From Octopus vulgaris (Eukaryota): a DNA stretch of 64,000 nucleotides. Both the position numbers and the translations under genes were made by a program. The stretch lies in contig OX597814.1 of NCBI GenBank assembly GCA_951406725.2, positions 225,122,001-225,186,000 of the forward strand, written 5' to 3'. Under the pieces are notes generated by a model. It was given only the letters and a program-made list of their open reading frames with translations. It did not search any database and had not been told where the DNA came from. This document shows positions 56,784 through 64,000 of this stretch, in pieces (position 1 is the first letter of the stretch; the number at the start of each line of letters is the position of its first letter).

Positions 56784-57471
56784 GGATCTTGACCTACAGA
56801 TTTAAAAGATGATTTTTTATAACTAAACGCTTTCAAACTTCGGACACTGGTAGAATGTGTCATATAAAACATCTTTTACTCTTAGCATTTTGAGAAAAAC
56901 TTATATTTACAAAGTTATTTCACGTTAAATTTCTCGTATTTCGGTAATTTCAACCAATCAATGACGTGTATTCAGCTGAATAAAATTACTGCTGTTGTTT
57001 GTCAACAACAACTATCGGCGGTGTATTTTCCGTTTGTCACTGTTATTTATGACATCGTTCGAGCGTTTGTACTGGTTTTAAGGTTTTAGGGTTAGGGTTT
57101 TAGGGTTAGGGTTAGGGTTAGGGTGTTAAGGTTAGGGGGTTAGAGTTAGGGCTTTAGGGTTAGGGTTAGGGTTTTAGGGTTAGGGTTAGGGTTGTTATAA
57201 ACAACAGTGACAAACGAAATATACACCGCCGGAAGTTCTTGTTGACAAACAACAGCAGTAATTTTATTCAGCTGAATACACGTCATTGATTGGTTGAAAT
57301 TACCGAATTAGAAGAACTTTAACGTGAAATAACTTCGTAAATATAAGCTTTTCTCAAAACTGCTAAGAGTAAAAGATGTTTTATATGACACATTCTATCA
57401 GTGTCCGAAGTTTGAAAGTGTTTATTACAAAAAAATATTTTAAAAATCTGTAGGTCAAAAGGTAAAGATCC
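56784..57471. mobile_element. Foldback/MITE-like DNA element with ~270-bp TIRs and a telomeric-repeat core
   Basis: Termini GGATCTT...AAGATCC, arms ~56784-57056 and ~57192-57471. Imperfect 8-bp flank duplication CACAACTC / CACACATC. Confidence 0.85.
57075..57193 (+). repeat. Interstitial (TTAGGG)n telomeric-type repeat, with variants
   Basis: Direct reading. Confidence 0.95.
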
Positions 57472-58186
57472 CACACATCTATTCCCTGTATTAAGAATAT
57501 GGTCCTTAATCTCTCACAAAAAAGGGGATTTAAAAATGGTCTTGGCTCAAATAACTTCAGTTAAATGTCTGTTTCAATTAAAATTACTTAGTACTAATCA
57601 ACAACAAAAAGAATAAACTTTTCTTGAGGTAAAAATAAAATTTAAATAGAGAGGATAAGAGTTAAGAATGTTTCTCAATAATTAGTTTCAATTCTTTGTT
57701 GAAACTACTTAAATTCAATTAGATCTTTAATACTCATAGCAAATAATACGTACTTTCACATGTCCCCTTATTTAGGGCACATCCAAAAATACATATCATT
57801 TGTTATGTCACAAGGGGAAAATGCGAGAAAGAAATGAATTCCAAAGTTAACGTGCTGGAAATATTAAACAGTTTTTTTTTTTACTGTATTCCGATGTGAC
57901 ACCCAATGAGAGTGACACACGCAGGACAAGTGAGGACATCAGTTAGAATTTGGTAAGGTTGATATACAGCCTGCTCGACGAGATCGGAAGAATATCAATA
58001 GCGAACTTGTGTGTGAATGTTTTCCTATCAAGTGGGCGACCTTATGTCATATAGAATATGTACTAATAGCTACTGCGTTCCAAATATGTAACTGAACTCT
58101 ACTAGATCTAACCTTGTCAGAAACTTCGTGACCCTAAAAGCAATGTCCGGTTTTATGAGGAAGGGATGACTAGATATTTGTTGCTA

Positions 58187-59386
58187 GTGAGTCCTGGTTA
58201 CGTGGTGGTTTAATTCTACAACACAACAAATGATTCTATCTTTATTAAGCACAACCCTTGCATATTTCAATGACTTCCCCTGATGTGTGTGTTTGTGTGA
58301 TTTCCGAGAACAAATTATGAAAGTGTCGTAGTTATGAAAATATAATGGTTTTCCCTCCTCTTCTCACATGAATATAAGTTTCAAGCCACATTTAAGTATT
58401 CGATAGTCATTCTAACATCATTGTTTTGATTCTGTTTTGCTCGTAGTAATTAGTAGAATTAATGCTAATTAGTAGTAGAATACTTAATTAGTAGCAGAAT
58501 ACTTTTCTTGTTTCCTTTTATTCTATGAAAAACGTAATTATATATTTTTCAATGAATATCATGACAAAATCATTTTCATAAATGCAGTTTAGGATATTAA
58601 ACTATATACGCGTTTTAAAATTACTCCTTTATTTGATTTAACTTCCTCAGTTGAAGACTTAAGATATAAATCTTTCTAAACGAGTCCAGCTTTGAAACAA
58701 AGGTCTTCTCCGATCTCTCTTCTATTTCCTTTCATTTTTCTATACTGCTATGGTTTATACATAACTTTGACAAACTTCACTCTGACTTAGATTCACTAAC
58801 TATCCATGACTTGTACCAATGAAATTTAAAGATATAGGACCATTCGTGTATAGGTTCTGGAATAGAGAAAGCTATAGTATGCTTAAATCTAAATATATTT
58901 ATAACTTCACTCAATAGTTAACCTTGAAGCTTGATAAAGACGACAGAAGGAAAAGAAGCTTTTCATAAATTCAATTCAGGACATTAAACTTTAATGGGAT
59001 TTGAACTTTCACCGTAATATACTTTACACTGAACAATAAATATTTTTTTTTTATCTCGAATGGAAGAAAAATATTCAACTAGATGTAAATAATAGGGAAA
59101 CGAAAACTGATACGTCATACGACTGGTAAGCAAAAACACTATATTAATCATAGGGAAAAGTTCGATCTCATTTGAATCAAGAATCAAATGGACGACAATT
59201 CTTGTCCTCATTTCTGACTAGAAACAGTTTTTCCCTATTTGTTATTGGTGAGTCCTGGTTACGTAGTGGATTAATTCTACAACACAACAAATGATTTCAT
59301 CCTTATCAAACAAAGCCGTTGCGTATTTCAATGACCTCCCTTAATATGTGTTTGTGTGATTTCCGAGTAAAAAAAATATGAAAGTT
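58187..59386 (+). repeat. Pair of ~140-bp diverged direct repeats (58187-58325, 59248-59386)
   Basis: GTGAGTCCTGGTTACGT...TAATTCTACAACACAACAAATGATT...GTGTGATTTCCGAG occurs in both. Confidence 0.85.
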
Positions 59387-59609
59387 TTATGAGTCCTAGA
59401 ATTTGTAGAAAGGCGGAACATTTTACTTGTACTTGTTCAATACTAGGAATACTGTTGTATTGCAAGAGGCTTTCCTTCCTATTTATTGTGTATGTCTTGG
59501 TTCTTTAGAATAAAACTGTCATTGAAGAAGAATCTTTGCGTTGAAGAATCTTCGCAATTGGGTTTTATTGTTTGTTTTTTTGCATGGAAATGATGTGTTT
59601 TGTATATCC

Positions 59610-59821
59610 TTTCTAGTTTAGGTACAAGGCCTGAAATTTGGTGAGGAGGGGACTAGTCAATTACATTGATCCCAGTACTGAACTGGTACTTAATTTATCG
59701 ACCCCGAAATGATGAAAGGCAAAGTCGACCTCGGCGGCATTTGAACTCAGAACGTAGTGGCAGACGAAATGCGGCTAAGCATTTCGCCCGGCATGCTAAC
59801 GATTCTGCCAGCTCGCCGCCT
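59610..59821 (-). mobile_element. tRNA-derived SINE, full length
   Basis: Ends GCCAGCTCGCCGCC, with the family core. Confidence 0.9.
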
Positions 59822-61454
59822 TAAAAATGATGTGTATATCAAGAGTAAGATGATGTAGGTTGCGTGTGAATGTGAAAAATATATATAGTTTATGTATATA
59901 CTTAGAAATAATAGAGAATATGTAATAGCCAGTGTCAATTGAGCTTAGAATGGAAAATGTGGGAAACATAATCCATGCATGAGAAATAATTAAGTTGACA
60001 GAATTGGGTTCTAAGAGAACCCAGACATCACATGCTACGATGGAATGGTTTGACTGGATACTTTCAGTCATGAAAATTACATAAATAGTAAGTGAACAAC
60101 TATCATAAGCGGTTCTTGTAACACAATGTTTTGAAGATATTGTTAAATACCAAGAACAACGAGGATATCCTTTTCCTAAATTACACATCACACACTGATA
60201 GTGTATCCTAGAAAAGAGGATCTCTGGGAGCTCTGGCTCTTTAGAAAACTGGTGAAGTCACAGAGTAAAACAAGGGTCTGAAAGTAAGTTGTCTTTAACC
60301 ATCTTCTCCACCATAAAATGGTGAAATTGATGGCAATTCATCAATACTTTGAAGTGCCCGTAAAATCGCACCATATCCAAAAAGAAAAAAGACACTTCTT
60401 AATGTTCCGATAAATGAAGAATTGTCAACTATATATTTGTTTGTTATATTTTCAGAGCTAGAATTGCTAGGTTAAATTTCTTTATCCAGCGCCCAGTTTT
60501 CCAATGTGCCAATCACCGTATTTGAACGTTTGCTACTTGTCATTAGACTACCACACTATCCCTTCTCCGAAATTTAACTGATTACAACATCTCTAAAAGA
60601 AGTATTCGCACCGATAGTAGCAATCAATCAAAACTTATTTTTTCCATAATATTTACATTATTCTGGAATGTTAAAATCAACATCCTAAAAATGTATGAAA
60701 CGCTCAATTCATTTTGGTTCTTTATATGGATAGTTTATGGCTATGTCGAAAGAATTTAAATCCACGGAGACAATGATACATTCCAATTCGCAGCATTCTG
60801 AGTTATTTAACTCGGTGAACAAATAATTATACCAGAATGTTTCGAAAAATATGCAAAATATATCGGTCATTTATTTGTTTTCATATTTTCTATTCAACGC
60901 CCAACAATTACTTTAATAAAATATAGGTCACAATGAAACACTATAGGAATTTCACAAAAATATATTGCTACTCTTTACCACGTCAAGAAAAGTTTTAGGT
61001 ATTGTGCTTGTTTTATCTTCATACTATAAAACGGTAGAAACAGACACCACTGGTCGATAGCTATTTCATCTAGAAAACTAGACACTGAAGATTAAGAAAT
61101 ACTAAGAAACTGTCCTTCGTCAATTGGAACTCCCCCTTCACCGAGTTTTAAATGCTGCTCTGCAAATAGTTCAGCTTATTGATTTCTTGAAGGCCTCGAT
61201 CTCATATAATAAAAAAGTGTTGTAGTACTGCATTATTTTTTATGAGACAAATTAGGCAATAGCATAATAGCTTCCCTGAACCAGGTAGTTTAATTTTGCC
61301 CGAGAAAGAAACGATAGAATTTCGACTTTATATATATATAAAGTGAGAGAGAGGGAGAGAGAGAGAGAGAAGCATAATAGCTTCCCCCGAACCATTTACT
61401 TTCCTTTTGATGGACAAACTAACATAGAAACTAACATACAAACAGAATCTTTCT

Positions 61455-61608
<154 letters not shown>

Positions 61609-61618
61609 CATCATTATA

Positions 61619-61647
<29 letters not shown>

Positions 61648-61651
<4 letters not shown>

Positions 61652-62060
61652 TTAAAATAGTGTACATTTAAACACAAATGAAAACTACCCTTTAACAAGT
61701 AAAATTTACATGTTAGAAATAGCAGCCAACACGGCCAAAACCACGATTTAATAGCAATTTTCGAAGGAATTGAAAAATAAAAACTTTTACCATGTTATTT
61801 TTATTAGCGGTTATACCATGGTTTCGAATTTCTTTAGCAAATAAGATTATTTTTATTTTTCAATTCCTTCGAAAATTGCTATTAAATCGTGGTTTTGGCC
61901 CTGTTGGCTGCTATTTCTAGCATGTAAAAATTAGCTGTTAAAGGGTAGTTTTCTTTTGTGTTTAAATGTACACTATTTTAAAATATGAATATGTTGTCTA
62001 CTGACTATTTATACATGCTAGGCCACTGGTGGTGATATTTATAACGAATATTCGCTACCC
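61648..62060. mobile_element. Asymmetric hairpin element between microsatellites
   Basis: Arms 61648-61783 and 61850-61985, tail 61986-62060. The loop carries GAAA-CCATGG-T-A on the - strand (61809-61826). Confidence 0.75.
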
Positions 62061-63292
62061 TATATATGTATCTTATGTATATATATATATTTATATATCA
62101 GCGCCAAGTAGTGTTTAGGCATAACCGAACTTTAGGTTAGTTAAAATATGTATGTATGTATGTATGTATGTTGGTGTGTGTGTATGTGTGTGCGCGCACG
62201 CGTGTGTGTATACGTAAGTTCCTTCTTTATCTCGCATTACAGATGAAGAAGCCAGAGATTCAATATGACTGTCTTGTATGAGCCGGCGAGAAAAACTATG
62301 AGAGAATGAATTGTATTTTCCTTGCCGTTAGCTTTAATAATTCTATTTAAAGTTATTGGATTTTTTTCATGCATGTCACGTAATCGCCTTTTCATGACCT
62401 TCTCTAAGGTTTTGTGTCGATATAATAGAAACGTCAATTTACTTTTCATATAGTCTGGCCTGTGTTGTGGACTGGAAGTAAATCCAAATTCGAGTGTGTT
62501 GTAAACGTGATTGAGAAAGTCATGACTGGGTACACAGTAAGGGAGTTATTAATCATGTAAATCTATGATCAAAGACATTATACAGTTAGAAGCACCCATT
62601 CTTTTGGGAGGTATAGAATACAATACCTTGTGTGTATTTTCCTTTCTAGAATAAGGATAACATGTAATATGGGGGAAGGTGTCTCTTTTAGTGCTTTTAG
62701 CAGGTCAAGCGGCTGAGTGAAACCTTTCTAGAAGATTAGCAATACCTTGATGTGCATCACAAATTATCGATAATTAATGAGAAAAGAATTATTTGATGTT
62801 TAAACTTTATTTGCTTCACTTATTACCTAGACACCGAATCTGACATTAACATAACTCTCAAATTACCTTCGTTTCTGTTATACATTTTACTAGCTCCAGC
62901 CATTGAAATGCAGACACGCAGTGGCAACTGCCTTCAAGAAACTTAGTCAAATATATTTCGTCATTCATAAAGTCAGATTTTAGAAAAACAATTAATGGAC
63001 AAGTAATAATGAGAAAATTAGAAAACAATTTTTAAGCTACTGAAAAATTTTATTCTCTGATTAAATATTTCATGAGGCACTCATTATATTTGATTTTTTC
63101 TACGATTACTAGATAAAATAAACAATTCGTTTTCTTCAGATACTTTCGACCTAATATCAGAGGGAGTTTCTGGGGAAGAATTTCAAATCCAGACATTTTA
63201 CTAAGGGCAACGGTAGAAATTGAATGCTAGTTCTAGAGTTGTTAAAATTTCAAAATTATCGTCTCTCTTTTTCTCTTTTATACTAAATTATA

Positions 63293-63540
63293 TTTTTTTG
63301 TCAAATGTTGTTAATGTTTCTAAAATAATTTTTTTGTCAAATGTTGTTAATGTTTCTAAAATAATTTTTTTGTCAAATGTTGTTAATGTTTCTAAAATAA
63401 TTTTTTTGTCAAATGTTGTTAATGTTTCTAAAATAATTTTTTTGTCAAATGTTGTTAATGTTTCTAAAATAATTTTTTCCTGAAATGTTGTTACTTTTTC
63501 TGAATTTTTTTTTTCCTGAAATGTTGTTAGTTTTTCTGAA
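63293..63540. repeat. 36-bp minisatellite, five near-perfect and two degenerate units
   Basis: Unit TTTTTTTGTCAAATGTTGTTAATGTTTCTAAAATAA. Confidence 0.95.
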
Positions 63541-64000
63541 ATAACTATCGGTTTATTTGTAAATTTAAGGACATGTTGCTTTTTACTTTGCACTCTTCTA
63601 TTTAGGCTATTTATTCAAACTAGCAGTGAAGATATTCACAATAATATTATACATTTATTTCTTTAAGAAAATTTAAACTCTTTTCAGAGTTCGTACACAC
63701 GGTTGAAACCTTCCGTCTTGGCGTCCGACTATCTGTGCTGCGAATCCACGTCAATAAAAAATTTCTCAAACAAAGGAATATTTAATGGACTGCTTTTAAT
63801 GACAGTAAACATTTCGACAAGTTGTCATAGAAGTTGTTAAAACCTAAATAATTTTTTCTACCAACGCCTTTCTATGTAGAAAGCAATGAATTGCAATAAC
63901 AACCTCATTCTGATTTTTACACCTGTTATAAGCTCTTTCAAACAGTCGACTACATAGAGAACTCTGTCGGTACATGATATCCATGATTCCTATTTAAAAT

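Noticed and set aside
57075-57193. TTAGGG tract as a true telomere or chromosome fusion site
   Set aside because: It is short, in one orientation only and enclosed by transposon-like TIRs.
63293-63540. 36-bp repeats resembling a CRISPR repeat length
   Set aside because: The units are contiguous with no unique spacers, there are no cas genes and the context is eukaryotic. It is a minisatellite.

Overview
AT-rich, microsatellite-dense eukaryotic DNA. I recognise no host gene or exon, and almost all listed ORFs are translations of simple repeats. The repeat families (tRNA-derived SINEs with Deu/Nin-like and CORE-like domains, abundant TA/TAA/GATA/CATA tracts) suggest an octopod cephalopod intergenic or intronic region, but this is an inference. 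The window is a nest of mobile-element remnants: R4/Dong-type RLE non-LTR retrotransposons, mostly inserted in (TAA)n; L1/Tx1 and CR1/L2-type LINE 3' ends; a deleted mariner; a composite Helitron carrying a piggyBac fragment; a foldback element with a (TTAGGG)n core; and about 25 SINE copies. The most notable signal is a set of eight asymmetric long hairpins plus two related unpaired ends, consistent with Penelope-like pseudo-LTR remnants. Five loci carry complete minimal type I hammerhead-ribozyme folds with non-canonical cores. The 3-8 tertiary pair co-varies (C-G, G-C, U-A), most have an extra nucleotide before stem II, and stem III is reduced to a palindromic or near-palindromic stub. All calls were made by eye, and boundaries are approximate unless a terminus or TSD is quoted.
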